DNA of 54,152 bases from Octopus bimaculoides (GCF_001194135.2 NC_068992.1:19622330-19676481); one strand, 5' to 3'; shown: positions 37,810-50,600, counted from the stretch's first letter. Made by a program: numbers and translations. The notes: generated by a model from the sequence alone, not told the origin.

Positions 37810-38030
37810 AATCAAAACTCTTAAGGTATCGGTCGTTCTCTGACAGGTTTATGGTCGAGACTGTAGCAGTCTGGCGTTCTTGGTCCGTAGACCATATCCC
37901 TGCTCATTGCTATCGTAGTGAAGATTGCTGTCCGCAAGTGCAAGCACCATGAGTTAGAGTGGATGTTACAGCGCATCTACCTCACTATCCTCTGGGGCAA
38001 CGCTTTTGCCATTTTGTCTGCTGGGGCCAT
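37810..38030 (+). pseudogene. CRE-clade non-LTR retrotransposon C-terminus (RLE)
   Basis: RYRSFSDRFMVETVAV/GVLGP*TISLL..KI..ELEWMLQRIYLTILWGNAFAIL matches the CRE end motif QRISxAxxRGNAxxIL. Confidence 0.7.
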
Positions 38031-38756
38031 GAATAATATTTCTATATTGTGAGAGGCAAGTGTTTCCGTTTATCATCTTTCAAAATGACCAATGAGAATT
38101 CGAGTTATAGAATTCTTTCATGTTATCTTTATCTAAAAGTTGATCGATCAGAATGTATACCAATTATAAACTGGAATTGTTTACAATCCTTAGCCACAAA
38201 CATCAAACGTTGAGATTTGACATAACCGAAAGAAATTAATTATTAATATTAAAGATAAATGAACTTTTGAGAATTACATATTATCCAACATTTCCGAAGA
38301 CCTATCACTATAATGATTTTGTGTGTTTTAGCCATGCAATTCATGACGAGAAAGTATGAAGATGTGAAGATCGTGTCATTGTGCTTTTGAAAGAAAGTAT
38401 TATTGTCATGTTCCAATTAAAGAATGTTTACAAGGTCTGCGCTTATGAAAGCAATGTAAGATTAATGTAAGGCGTCTAGCTTACTTGTGAATGACGCCTG
38501 TATGCCTGAGCTTAATATTTTGCCTACCAAGCCCATTTTCCCCCCCATTTTCTTTTGCACTAGTGGTCAAAATTTAATACAAATTAAGTATATAACGTTT
38601 TAAACAAGTTTTACTTGTTTCAGTCGTTAGACTGCTGGGACACTGCCTTAAAAAAATTTAGCTTACTGAATCAACCCCAGTATTTATTGTTTTTAAAGCC
38701 TGGTACTTATTCTTCTGCGGAACCGCTATATTGCAGGGATATAAACACACCAACAC

Positions 38757-39331
38757 NNNNNNNNNNNNNNNNNNNNNNNNNNNNNNNNNNNNNNNNNNNN
38801 NNNNNNNNNNNNNNNNNNNNNNNNNNNNNNNNNNNNNNNNNNNNNNNNNNNNNNNNNNNNNNNNNNNNNNNNNNNNNNNNNNNNNNNNNNNNNNNNNNNN
38901 NNNNNNNNNNNNNNNNNNNNNNNNNNNNNNNNNNNNNNNNNNNNNNNNNNNNNNNNNNNNNNNNNNNNNNNNNNNNNNNNNNNNNNNNNNNNNNNNNNNN
39001 NNNNNNNNNNNNNNNNNNNNNNNNNNNNNNNNNNNNNNNNNNNNNNNNNNNNNNNNNNNNNNNNNNNNNNNNNNNNNNNNNNNNNNNNNNNNNNNNNNNN
39101 NNNNNNNNNNNNNNNNNNNNNNNNNNNNNNNNNNNNNNNNNNNNNNNNNNNNNNNNNNNNNNNNNNNNNNNNNNNNNNNNNNNNNNNNNNNNNNNNNNNN
39201 NNNNNNNNNNNNNNNNNNNNNNNNNNNNNNNNNNNNNNNNNNNNNNNNNNNNNNNNNNNNNNNNNNNNNNNNNNNNNNNNNNNNNNNNNNNNNNNNNNNN
39301 NNNNNNNNNNNNNNNNNNNNNNNNNNNNNNN
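38757..39331. other. Assembly gap (largest of about 17 N-runs)
   Basis: N-run. Most gaps in the window are flanked by microsatellites. Confidence 0.99.
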
Positions 39332-39364
<33 letters not shown>

Positions 39365-41044
39365 GAATGGCATCGCTCCAGTGATGGCGTTGACACTGAC
39401 GTGCCCATTTCTGGCATCTGCGTTCTCATCAGTTCTTAAAATTGAAGTCATGTAGTTTGAATCACCGTAATTTGAGGGTTCATTACAAAATCACCATTGG
39501 AAGTCACTCGTGACCCCGATTGAAGGCAAAGTGTTCATGAGTGATATGTAGGATTTTTTACATGGGAATATTTTTGACAAGAAGTGGTATCAATAAAAAA
39601 AAAAAAAAGAAACGGGAGACCATCTAGTGTCCTTCTAACATTCCTAAATATGAAGCAAATGTCATTATTATTAAATGTTACAGAGGGCGGCGAGCTGGCA
39701 AGGAAAATACATAGCGGCATTTCGTTCATCTCTACGTTCCGAGTTCAACATCCGCCAATTACTGGGGGTCGATTTATTTCACTAAAATTCTTTAATGACT
39801 GAAAGAAGAAAAAGATAAACAGGACGACTAGCCTAAGGCTAGAAGCGGCAACAGCATCTGAGAGTTAAACCACAATTTGTGCAACTGTAACACTTCATAG
39901 CAACTCTTGATACAATCTATCATGAGTTTTACAAGAAAACTGCCTTTTGGGTGACATTAGCACATAGAATCTACACCAGGGCCGGGGAACTTTTTAACGA
40001 GTTACCCAAAGATATACTTATTTACACTGACGTTATCCTATTGATTTGACAGAAAGAAATCATAGATTCTTTGAATTCAAAAGGATTATTGAATCTATTT
40101 TATTGAATGCGTTTCCATGACTATTTACACATCCATTACGTTGGACAGATGTAGTGTTGCCAGAAGAAGACTTTCTGTTGTAAGAAGGAATGTTTTTTTA
40201 AATATAATTTTAACCCCCCAAAATTTAATTTTTACCCCGCTTGGGGTAGTTTACCGCGATTCGCCGTCACGTAGGTCTACATTGTTACAACAATTATGAA
40301 ATGCTCTCAAATATTCTGATGGTTTGATATGCTGCCATCTATAATAGTTATGGTCTTTTTCTCACCCACCGCAGTCACGGTGTCCCTTCAAAGGTCATGC
40401 GTGTTGCCTCTATTTCTCTAATGAAAACGCAATAAAATAGTAACTAAATTAATAATAGACAGAGGGTGTACAGGTTAGAACCGAACAGGAAATCGATAAG
40501 ACTAAATAATGAAATGGAGATTCGAGAAAACTTTGTTTTATGAGCTAAAATATTGGAGATGAAAGGAACGTCGAGTCATGGGTATGAAAGTTAGATAAGA
40601 TGTGTAGGCCTTTTTCGTAACACTCCGTTATATATAGAGAATACACACACACACACACACATATCAGTTTATTAAATTTTAAATCATAGTCTGGTTTTCA
40701 TTTTTTTATTATTATGGTATTTTAATCAAATTAGCGCTTTCATACAGAGTGTACTCACCAGATTTCAAATGTGTTTAACTGACAGTTGAGTTCTTGAAAA
40801 CTTTAGTACCACTTAGAACGCTCCACTCAGCTGAATTTTTAGAATACCTTTTTGATCAATCCACATGATCTTAAACATCACGGTTTTCCAGGCTTTTCTG
40901 CTTTCTTAAAATGTTCAAACCTGTCCTCAACAGAAATAACACCAATTATATAACAACCAGGTAATGATGTGGATGAATAAATATAAACAAATTACAGAAT
41001 ATCGGTACGCCAAGGAAACCGTGATGTTTAAGAGCATGCTAAAT

Positions 41045-41120
41045 TATCACGAGCAGGCTGTTCCGTTGATCGGATCAACTGGAACCTTCGACGTCGTAAG
41101 CGAAGGAGTGCCAACAACAA
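41045..41120 (+). mobile_element. 3' fragment of SINE family A with (CAA)n tail
   Basis: CACGAGCAGGCTGTTCCGTTGATCGGATCAACTGGAACC...GGAGTGCCAACAACAACAA, matching the 3' end of the 13594 copy. Confidence 0.85.
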
Positions 41121-41208
41121 CAATCTTTATTTCCAGTGAAATAATTACGTATGTGTGCTTGTGTGTGTGCGTCTGCGTGCGTGTGTGTGTGTGTGTGTGC
41201 GTGTGTGG

Positions 41209-41249
<41 letters not shown>

Positions 41250-42109
41250 CTAAACATATACTAAATATTCGTATATTATGATTTGATTTACTTATTTCTA
41301 TTTACACACGCACACACATACATACATATACGCACGCATAGTCAAAATAAATTAAATCATCCTATTTGATATTCGAAATAGTAAAAATGTTAATACTATT
41401 GAATGTGATGACTACTTCGTACGACACTGAAAATCTCAAGATAATTTGGTTTGAAGTAGAAATAATTAGACACGGAGAGATAGGTGCTTTGAACAAAAGG
41501 TTTTTTTTTTTTTTTTTTTTGTAATCGTTATCTATACAGAATATATTAGTTAGAAACAAGAAAACAAGTATATTAGTGAAACAATAGGAATTATCCAATA
41601 ATAGTCACTAACAACAATTTAATTTGGTAGTTTAGACAATATTCATACAAGATTTAAATTACGCACTACAAATAATTTCAAAAACGAAAAGAGGTATAAT
41701 TAAGATATTTAAGAATTTATGCAAAACTAATGAATATTTTAAAAATTATTGCCAATGAATAATGTCTTAATTGAAGATAATTTAGATATGATTATTAGAA
41801 CATTNNNNNNNNNNNNNNNNNNNNNNNNNNNNNNNNNNNNNNNNNNNNNNNNNNNNNNNNNNNNNNNNNNNNNNNNNNNNNNNNNNNNNNNNNNNNNNNN
41901 NNNNNNNNNNNNNNNNNNNNNNNNNNNNNNNNNNNNNNNNNNNNNNNNNNNNNNNNNNNNNNNNNNNNNNNNNNNNNNNNNNNNNNNNNNNNNNNNNNNN
42001 NNNNNNNNNNNNNNNNNNNNNNNNNNNNNNNNNNNNNNNNNNNNNNNNNNNNNNNAGCCAGGTACTTTTTAGCCCACCTCTTTGTTGTGTGTGTGCGTGT
42101 GTGTGTGTG

Positions 42110-42762
42110 TGTGGATGCCACACCTTCTGACACCTGATGAAAAACATGCTAAGTGGATCATATCACGGGAAAATCTGACGCTGTTTCGGCCAGATCCAGC
42201 TAGATTCCTTAAATGTTTCCTCTCCTACTCCAAAGAAAGCCAAGGTCGTTTCATATGCAGGGAAGGTGATGGCCTCCGATTTTGGGGAGTGCAAAGGCCA
42301 TTCTGTTTATTGGATCTCTTCAAAAGGGCGTGACCATCAATGGAGTGTACTATGCCAACATGTTGTGACAGTTGCGAAAGCCTATCAAGAACAAACATCC
42401 AGGATAATTGACGAAAGAGTTCTTCATTAGGACGATACTCCAGCTTGGTTTCAGTGGCTGCTAGTGTGTCTGACCGCGACTCCCTTTTCTCCTGGTTTGG
42501 CCCCATCTCACTATCATCTGTTTCCAACATGAAGGAGCATTTAGCTGGGAACCTGTATTTCAGTGATGATGACGTCTTATCTGCTGTTGATGATTTTTTT
42601 TTAATAACGAGATGAAAGCTTCTCCTATACCATCCAATCACTGCAACCTCGATGGAAGAATTGCATAGAGCGCAAGGGGTCTATGTTGAAAAAGAAATAT
42701 CATTTGGTCGCATTGAATGAGAATGTCTTGGATATTCTATGAACTTTTCAGCCAACCATCCT
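42110..42762 (+). mobile_element. Partial mariner transposon with internal deletions
   Basis: WMPHLLTPDEK, PTPKKAK, SP.LAPSHYHLF.NMKEHLAG, FSDDDVLSAVDDF. The first catalytic Asp region is deleted. A right-TIR-like GAACTTTTCAGCCAACCATCC-TA is present. Confidence 0.88.
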
Positions 42763-43274
42763 AGTGTGTCCTTTCATTTTTATGACTTAAGATGTAATGG
42801 AAAGAATTTGGTTGTTATTTCTTGAAAACAAATATGGTGATGGTGATGGTACTGGTGATAGAGATGATGTTATTTTTCGCTGAGCCCTAAATCGGCCATG
42901 AATAAATATACTAATAACCAAGTGGGTCCTATTCATGACCATTCCCAACTTTCTCTACAACTTTGCTTGTCATTAACTACACCACAATTAACTTCAAGTG
43001 GCTCCCCTTTTCAATACGGCCGAGTTGTATTTAACGGTTCTTTGGTTGCTATTTCACCGAGTCGAATAGTCATGAAATGTTCCCTTTTAGACACAGACCA
43101 CCGCAGGGGTTAGGGTTAGTTATTGTAGTGGTGGTGGTGGTGGTGGTGGCGCGACAGTTGACAGCGGTGACGACGCTTGTTCTGCTTACGTTGTCATCCT
43201 CCTCCTCCTCATCATCATCATCCAGTTCTCTATTTAAGAGATGAGGAATTATGTGCATTATTTACGTTAGATGT

Positions 43275-43620
43275 GCATATGGCGTAGTGGTTAAGAGCGC
43301 GGGCTACTAACCCCAAGATTCCGAGTTCGATTCCAGGCAGTGACCTGAATAATAATAATNNNNNNNNNNNNNNNNNNNNNNNNNNNNNNNNNNNNNNNNN
43401 NNNNNNNNNNNNNNNNNNNNNNNNNNNNNNNNNNNNNNNNNNNNNNNNNNNNNNNNNNNNNNNNNNNNNNNNNNNNNNNNNNNNNNNNNNNNNCCCACGT
43501 TTGAAATTTCCCCAAAAACACCTGTTGAAGGCTGGAGTGTATATCAGTCAAAATGTTGGGTTAACGACAAACAAGATGAGGACAAATATCCGTCAAATGT
43601 AAATAATGTAAATAATGTAT
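43275..43620 (+). mobile_element. tRNA-headed SINE (family E) followed, across a gap, by a hammerhead-like motif
   Basis: Head GCATATGGCGTAGTGGTTAAGAGCGCGGGCTACTAACC..GAGTTCGATTCC, then (AAT)n, an N-gap, and CTGTTGA-A-GGCTG..CAGTC-AAAAT-GTT at 43522-43557. Confidence 0.65.
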
Positions 43621-44640
43621 TGTCATCATCATCATTATCACCACCGTTCTTGACGTCATCATTGTGAGCATCGTCATCGCTGACGTGATAGTCACGGTAG
43701 TATTGATGATGATGACGATACTGGGGAGGAGGAGGAGGAGGAGAGGTAATGATGAGGAGGAAGATGAGGAGGTAATGATAAAAATTATGATGATGATGAT
43801 GATGATGATGATGGATGATGATGGTGATGATGATGATGATCTATGATGATGATCATCATGATCATCATCATCATCGCCGCCATATTTATTCACGCCACCA
43901 CAAAACATCCTCCTTTCATCTCCACCGCCATTACTGTCATCACTACCGTCATCAACAGTGTCATCACCATCATTCTTAGTCAGAAATAAACAAGAGTACA
44001 ACCGCGACAGCTGTTCTTTTTGTCGCCATTACGGAAATGCCGTCGCTTTCGTTGCTACAACTTGTGTCTGTAAAAATTAGCCCCCAACACCACCAGCACC
44101 ACCAAGAAAAGAAGAACAACAACAAGAACAACGACAATATCAACAACAATATCAAAATCAACAACACTCTCATCCTTTACAACAGCCTTACAGCAACTGT
44201 GTTGCTTAAATGTAACCAAAACAACCTCACCGGTAGAGAATGTGTTGTTGTTTTTGCTGTTGTTGTTGTTGATGGTGGCGGTGGTGGTGGTGGTGGTGGC
44301 GGTGATAGTGGTGGCGGTTGTGGTTTTGATGACGGTAGTGGTGGTGGTGGTGGTGGAGGTAGTGTTGTGTGCGGTTTTAGTTATGATAGTAGTGTTTCAT
44401 AGAGCTTTAAGTCGCTGATTGTTATGCGGTGGTGGGGAGAAACTATCGCAACGATATCAATACCCATAGCATCGGCGGCGGCAGCAGTAGCAGCACAGCA
44501 GCCGTAGAAGCAGCAGTAGCAGCAGCACAGCGGCAAAGGCGACAGCAACAAAAACAGCAATTACAGCAGCAGTAAGAGCAGCAGTAGTAGTAACAGTAGT
44601 AGCAGCAGCGGCTGCTGCAGCATAAGTGATGGTAGTGGTG
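43620..44640. repeat. Mosaic of (CAT/GAT), (GAG), (AAC), (GTG) and (GCA/GTA) trinucleotide tracts
   Basis: Read directly from the sequence. It explains the low-complexity ORFs between 43561 and 44402. Confidence 0.9.
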
Positions 44641-44779
44641 CTTTGGTTAAGAATTACACTTCATACCTAACAGTCAGGGTTATGTAATTCAATTCCACTG
44701 CGTATTTCCTTAAGCAAGTGTTTTCTAAACCTTGGTCTAAGGATCGATCAACCAAGCATTTGCTGTAAAACTAGCATTA

Positions 44780-45230
44780 AGAAGTTCCTGTACAGAACCG
44801 CCCATCGGCTTAGCCGTCCGTCTAAAAAACACCTATCCCAGGCCAAAATAATGAAGAGAGGTCTCTACATACACACCAAGGCTATTATAGATTAATACTG
44901 GGCCGCTAGACCCGTGGAATTCTCGACCAACTGACCAGTGTGTATAGACTTAAGACAGCACTGCCAATCGGATGGTTTCTGCATTTATTGTGTGCTGCGC
45001 TTAACACGCTGTTCCTTGACCGTTGTCCACAATATATTGGAAATATTTAGACCGTGTTTCTTTGATGATAATCGAATTTGTTGCTGCCTTATTTTATACT
45101 CAGAGTTTTCTCCTGAAGTAGACGATTGGGTGCAGCAGTTTGGATACTGATGATTTGGCACGACTGACTGGACACTGAACCTGTTTTGGCGACAGTAGAT
45201 TTTAGCACTGGAAGGATCCACAAGCACACG
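44780..45230 (-). pseudogene. L1/Tx1-like RT fragment
   Basis: Weak ordered matches QSC..RLLQEK (~QGCPLS..PLLRKL), TINAET (~INxEKS) and GPV..LGVY (~GPVxxLGVWF). Confidence 0.35.
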
Positions 45231-46255
45231 TGCACGCAGAATTGTACACATGCATATAGAAAGAGGGAGAGAGATTTTACAATTCATTGCCTCTCTTTAT
45301 AAATACAGAGAAATATGCTCACACACAGGAACAGAGAGAAATACATACAAATAGAAAGCTACGGTGAGAAAGATAGAGACCTTACAAATTGCTGGTTTAA
45401 AATTTTGGCAAAATGACAGCAATTTCGGGGGAGTGGATGAGTCGATTACATTGACCCCAGTACTCAAACGGGTTTATTTCATCGACCCAAAAATGATGAA
45501 AGGCAAAGTCGATCTCGGCGGAATTTGAACTCAGAACGTAATGACAGACGAAATGCCGCTAAGCATTTTTCCCAGCGTTGTAGACCTTACAACGCCTTGG
45601 AGCCCTTACAAATTATTGATTTATTAATCAATAAATTCTCATTCACATAAAGAAAAATATGGTCATATATAGGAACAGAGAGAAATGGGAGTGAAAGAGA
45701 AAATAGAATTCATTAATTGAACACTGTTGACTTAAGTACTTTCCGTCTCCTCACACAAATACATAAACGGATATATATNNNNNNNNNNNNNNNNNNNNNN
45801 NNNNNNNNNNNNNNNNNNNNNNNNNNNNNNNNNNNNNNNNNNNNNNNNNNNNNNNNNNNNNNNNNNNNNNNNNNNNNNNNNNNNNNNNNNNNNNNNNNNN
45901 NNNNNNNNNNNNNNNNNNNNNNNNNNNNNNNNNNNNNNNNNNNNNNNNNNNNNNNNNNNNNNNNNNNNNNNNNNNNNNNNNNNNNNNNNNNNNNNNNNNN
46001 NNNNNNNNNNNNNNNNNNNNNNNNNNNNNNNNGAATCCGGGCATGTACTTTATAAGAATTCTGATATAATCCAGATTTGCCTGACCACATCGAATGATAG
46101 GGAACGTACAGAACTGTTTAAGATAGACAATTATGCGGTACTTCGCTCAATAGATGAATCCTGAGGCAAAACAACGTAAGTTAATCGGACGTCCAGAGTA
46201 AATGTATTAGACTGACGTTCAAAGGAAGTTTGATATGGAAAAAAAGCAGAAGCAT

Positions 46256-46282
46256 GACGTTTCGAGCATCGCTCTTCTTCAG
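46256..46282 (-). ncRNA. Penelope-type minimal hammerhead ribozyme motif, core intact
   Basis: Minus strand reads CTGAAGA-A-GAGC-GAT-GCTC-GAAAC-GTC. It has the CUGANGA and GAAA cores, a 4-bp stem II, the ACGU palindrome and a GUC triplet. Stem I is degenerate. Confidence 0.65.
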
Positions 46283-46637
46283 AAAATAGGAAGACGAATA
46301 AGTCTAGACAGAAGGCAAAAATAGACCGAGAAATACACAAGTATTGCATGACTGAAAAATAAGTGACGCGAAATAAGAGAATGTGGTTTTTGAAGGATGG
46401 GGTATGCAAAAATGGCTATTGTGAATATGTGTATGCAAGTGTGCGTGCGTAGTATTATCTGTGTGCGTGTGTGCTTATGTTCAAGTGAGTGATGTGCGTG
46501 GGAGGGAGTGAGGTGAACAGGTTCGTAGCAATAGTGAGATTTAGTGGTGGACAGACATGGTTAAAAGGCGTGTGCGTTGCTATCGATGTGTTTGCGTACG
46601 TGTTTATACACATACGCGCGCACGCACACACACACAT

Positions 46638-46669
<32 letters not shown>

Positions 46670-47036
46670 GCACACATGATGGTATTACAAACAGTTTCCG
46701 TCTACCAAATCCACTCACCAGGTATTTGGTCAGCCGGCCCTATATAATAGAGAACACTTGATAAATAATACTCAAGGTGCCGCGCAATGGGACTGAAATC
46801 GAAACTACGTGGTTGCAAAGCAAGATTCTGCATCATACATCCAGGCCTGCGCCGATGTTTTTTGCTTCAGTCAGAGGGGGACAAGCGTCGAGGCAAGCAA
46901 ATAACATCCAGTTCAAGTCAGTCTGGTGGAAACGGTAATAAGAAGCTGTGTAGTTGCTGTGAAGGCAGAAGTAGCACAGCACCCACGATTAACGTTACAA
47001 CTTATCTAGCTGGGGCAGCAGTGATAGAAGCAGCAG

Positions 47037-47043
47037 TTATAGC

Positions 47044-47099
<56 letters not shown>

Positions 47100-47364
47100 C
47101 AGCAGTGCTAGTATTAGTAATGGTAGNNNNNNNNNNGTAGTAGTAATAATAGTAATAACAGCAGCTGCAGTAGTAGTAGTAGTAGTAGTAGTAGCAGCAG
47201 CAGTAGTAGTAGTAGTAACAGCAGCAACAGCGGCAGCAGCCGTAGTAGTAGCAGTAATAGTAGAAGTAGTAGTAGTAGTAGCAGTAGTAGTAGTAGTAAC
47301 AGCAGCAACAGCGGCAGCAGCAGTAGTAGTAGCAGTAGTAGTAGAAGTAGTAGTAGTAGTAGTA

Positions 47365-47395
<31 letters not shown>

Positions 47396-47678
47396 CAGCA
47401 GTGCTAGTATTAGTAATGGTAGTAGTAGTAATAATAGTAATAACAGCAGCTGCAGTAATAGTAGAAGTAGTAGTAGTAGCAGCAGTAGTAGTAGTAGTAA
47501 CAGCAGCAACAGCGGCAGCAGCAGTAGTAGTAGCAGTAATAGTAGAAGTAGTAGTAGTAGTAGCAGTAGTAGTAGTAGTAACATCAGCAACAGCGGCAGC
47601 AGCCGTAGTAGTAGCAGTAGTAGTAGAAGTAGTAGTAGTAGTAGTAGTAGAAGTAGTAGAAGTAGTAGTAGTAGTAGT

Positions 47679-47730
<52 letters not shown>

Positions 47731-47794
47731 ACAGCAGCAACAGCGGCACCAGTAGTAGTAGAAGTATTAATAGTAATAGTAGCAGCAGCAGCTA

Positions 47795-47827
<33 letters not shown>

Positions 47828-47885
47828 TAGCAGCAGCAGCAGCAGCAGCAACTGCAGTAACAGCAACAGTATTAGTAGCAACAAT
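47037..47885. repeat. (GTA/GCA)n tract with higher-order repetition
   Basis: GCAGCAGTGCTAGTATTAGTAATGGTAG occurs at ~47098 and ~47395. ACAGCAGCAACAGCGGCAGCAGC recurs several times. Confidence 0.95.
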
Positions 47886-48359
47886 TAGTTTTTTCGCCGG
47901 AAACCCCATTTAATTGAGAAGATCCAGGACCGACCAAAGCATGCATTCCAAATGTGACCATCCCATTTTTTTTTTCTAATCACCATACTTACAACTCGAT
48001 TTTTCGGGACATTTAGCTTCTATTTCTCTTATCCGGGAAGAATTAAAAACCTACAGAGGACCCAAGAAGTTGTTAATGTTATTGTTTATTATTATAATTG
48101 TTGTTGTTGTATTAGCCCCAGGTGAATCCTAATCGAAAGAACAGCAATTAAAGGAATTCCTGCAATATTTTCATCTCGTTATACTATCTCTCACTGTCCC
48201 TCTCACTCACTCTCTCACTATTGTCTTTCACTCCTCTTTCAAAGACTGCGTCATATCCCAACATGTCCTTCTTTCACGGCGTAAATAGAGATTTGGCTGT
48301 CGTTTTAGGACATCTAGCAACTAGCAGCTATATAAACTTATGACAACAAACCAAATAAC

Positions 48360-48364
48360 GTAGT

Positions 48365-48402
<38 letters not shown>

Positions 48403-48512
48403 TAGTAGTAGTAACAATATCAAACTGCATCTGCGGTGACAATGTGAAGGCTACAGATTGTAACTTTGGGCGATAAACATAAATAAATTTGCAGTAGTAG
48501 TAGTAGCAATGA

Positions 48513-48546
<34 letters not shown>

Positions 48547-48720
48547 TATTGCAGCAACAGAAGTATTGTCTGTATCAGCAGCAGCAACAGCGACAATAGC
48601 ATCAGCAGCAATATCATTTAACTGCAGCAGTAGCAGTTGCAGTAGGAGCTGCAGTAGTTGTAGCCTATTATGCAGCAGTAGCAGAAGTAGAAGTGGTGGT
48701 TGTAATAGTGGTAGTCATAG
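48360..48720. repeat. (GCA)n/(GTA)n tracts
   Basis: Read directly from the sequence. Confidence 0.9.
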
Positions 48721-48759
48721 CACGCACTGTAAAAGAAAGCAACGTCTGTAGAAGCTACG

Positions 48760-49028
48760 AAGTGTGACATGGAAAAAATCTCAACCGTTACCGCCACTTT
48801 CTATCTTGATGTATAATACAATCACAACTAAAGACGTTGTTCGCAACCAGACTGACAAACTTCCTTTCTAATAGCATATCGCCCGCCATTCCGTCGCCAA
48901 AGACACCAGCATTTACTACTAATACCACGTGAGACATTATGGAGCATTGATCCTCAACCGGAGTCTGTATGACCCTTGCAAGGGGCAATATAAGATTTTG
49001 CTCTTGAAATTTATGTGCAATGAATTGG

Positions 49029-49065
<37 letters not shown>

Positions 49066-50600
49066 CGAATATATATACATATATATGTGTATGTGTGTAT
49101 ATATANNNNNNNNNNNNNNNNNNNNNNNNNNNNNNNNNNNNNNNNNNNNNNNNNNNNNNNNNNNNNNNNNNNNNNNNNNNNNNNNNNNNNNNNNNNNNNN
49201 NNNNNNNNNNNNNNNNNNNNNNNNNNNNNNNNNNNNNNNNTATATATATATATATGTATGTATGTATGTATGTATATGACGAGTTTCTTTCAGTTTCCGT
49301 CTAACAAATCCACTCACAAGGCTTTGGTTGACCCGAGGCTATAGTAGAAGAGACATGCCCAAGGTACCACACAGAGGGACTGAATCCCGAACCATATGTA
49401 CCCTTTGTATTCTGTTTTAATTTTGCGTTTTTAATTTATTCTTTCACCTCGGCCACTATCTGGCATATACAGGGGCTTACAATTGTCAAGTATTACCTCT
49501 AAAATTTGCTTTACCTATATATAAAGATAGATAGATAGATAGATACAACGGGCTTGTTTCAGTATCCGTGTATCAAATCCACTCACGAGTCTTTGGTCGG
49601 CCTGAGACTATGGTAGAAGACGCGGAAGATTCCACGCTGTGGGACTGAACCCAGAACCACGTGGCAGCGCTGAAACTGTGATCTCTCAATGTGGAGAAGT
49701 AGCGGCTCGGCCTGATCTCCGAGCTACGCCCCTTATTGAGCAACTTTACTCTAGACGCCCTTCGGAAGGACTCCATTTCAGCCGCTTCTATTCATGAGTG
49801 TATCTTTTTAATTACAAAACATGATCATAATTGAGGATAAACAGGGAAACTGAATAAAAGTTATGTAGTTTGGCTTTTTCACCAGCGTCTCCTCTTTTCA
49901 GGATCGAAAGCAGGAACTTGCGCATTGCTGAGCCAGCATTTGAAATTCTAGCATTCAATCCAGTCTTGAGGTTCCCATCACACAATACTTAAACTTTTCC
50001 ACGTGTCTCAGTGATGTTCCACTAGCATACAGAGTGAACGGGAACGAGTCTCATGGGGAAACCAATGGTACAAAATGAAATAGGCAGTGAAAAACCCAGC
50101 ATTCCTATGGTGACCATGACGCAGAGTTATTAAGCGTAGCATTGGATATTTTACAGTACTTGTTCCAGGGCTTTACCTTCAGAGTTCAAATCCTACTCTG
50201 GTCTACTAAGATGGTAGACTTTATTCGTCGTCCAGTTGAACAACTACGTCCGATTCTTGACTGTTTTTTTAATAGAGTTCACCCTTGTGAGCACCGGGCT
50301 GTCTCCGGAGTTGGTTAGCTAGAGTGTGTTTCATCAGAGGCAACCCTTGAATTCGGGTCTACTGTATAAGCTTGTATAGGTTTGGCCAACAAACCTGTAT
50401 ATACAACAGTAGTTCTCAAAATTGTTGATATCCGAGCCAGCTCGAAAACCAGGAGTTTTGTAAGGGGCCACACTAAAAAGGTAAAATGCAAGTCATTTAA
50501 GAAGATATATTTATTAGAAAGAAGACGTTGTGTGCTACCGGAAAGATGTTTGAAGACCGCGGGAAGAGTGCCTGAGAGCCGCGGTTGAGAAGCGATGCTA
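48760..50600 (+). pseudogene. L1/Tx1-like LINE ORF2 fossil interrupted by a gap and two SINE-B fragments
   Basis: LKTLFATRLTNFLSNSI (~KILAxRLxxxL) at ~48830, RPDLR (~GPDLQ) and RLLFSGS (~RxLSLxGR) at ~49700-49900, and HLRRYI..E (~HLxRxIRxER) at ~50490. Confidence 0.4.

Noticed and set aside
39975-40280. hAT-like MITE
   Set aside because: The putative terminal inverted repeats match too poorly and I found no 8-bp TSD.
43985-44075. Minus-strand exon after CTAATTTTTACAG (TSCSNESDGIS...)
   Set aside because: It is a short unique island between trinucleotide tracts, with a weak donor and no recognisable product.
47037-47913. Mucin-like, poly-Leu or poly-Val CDS
   Set aside because: It is a pure triplet repeat open on both strands, with no splice signals or non-repetitive domain, and similar tracts occur throughout the window.
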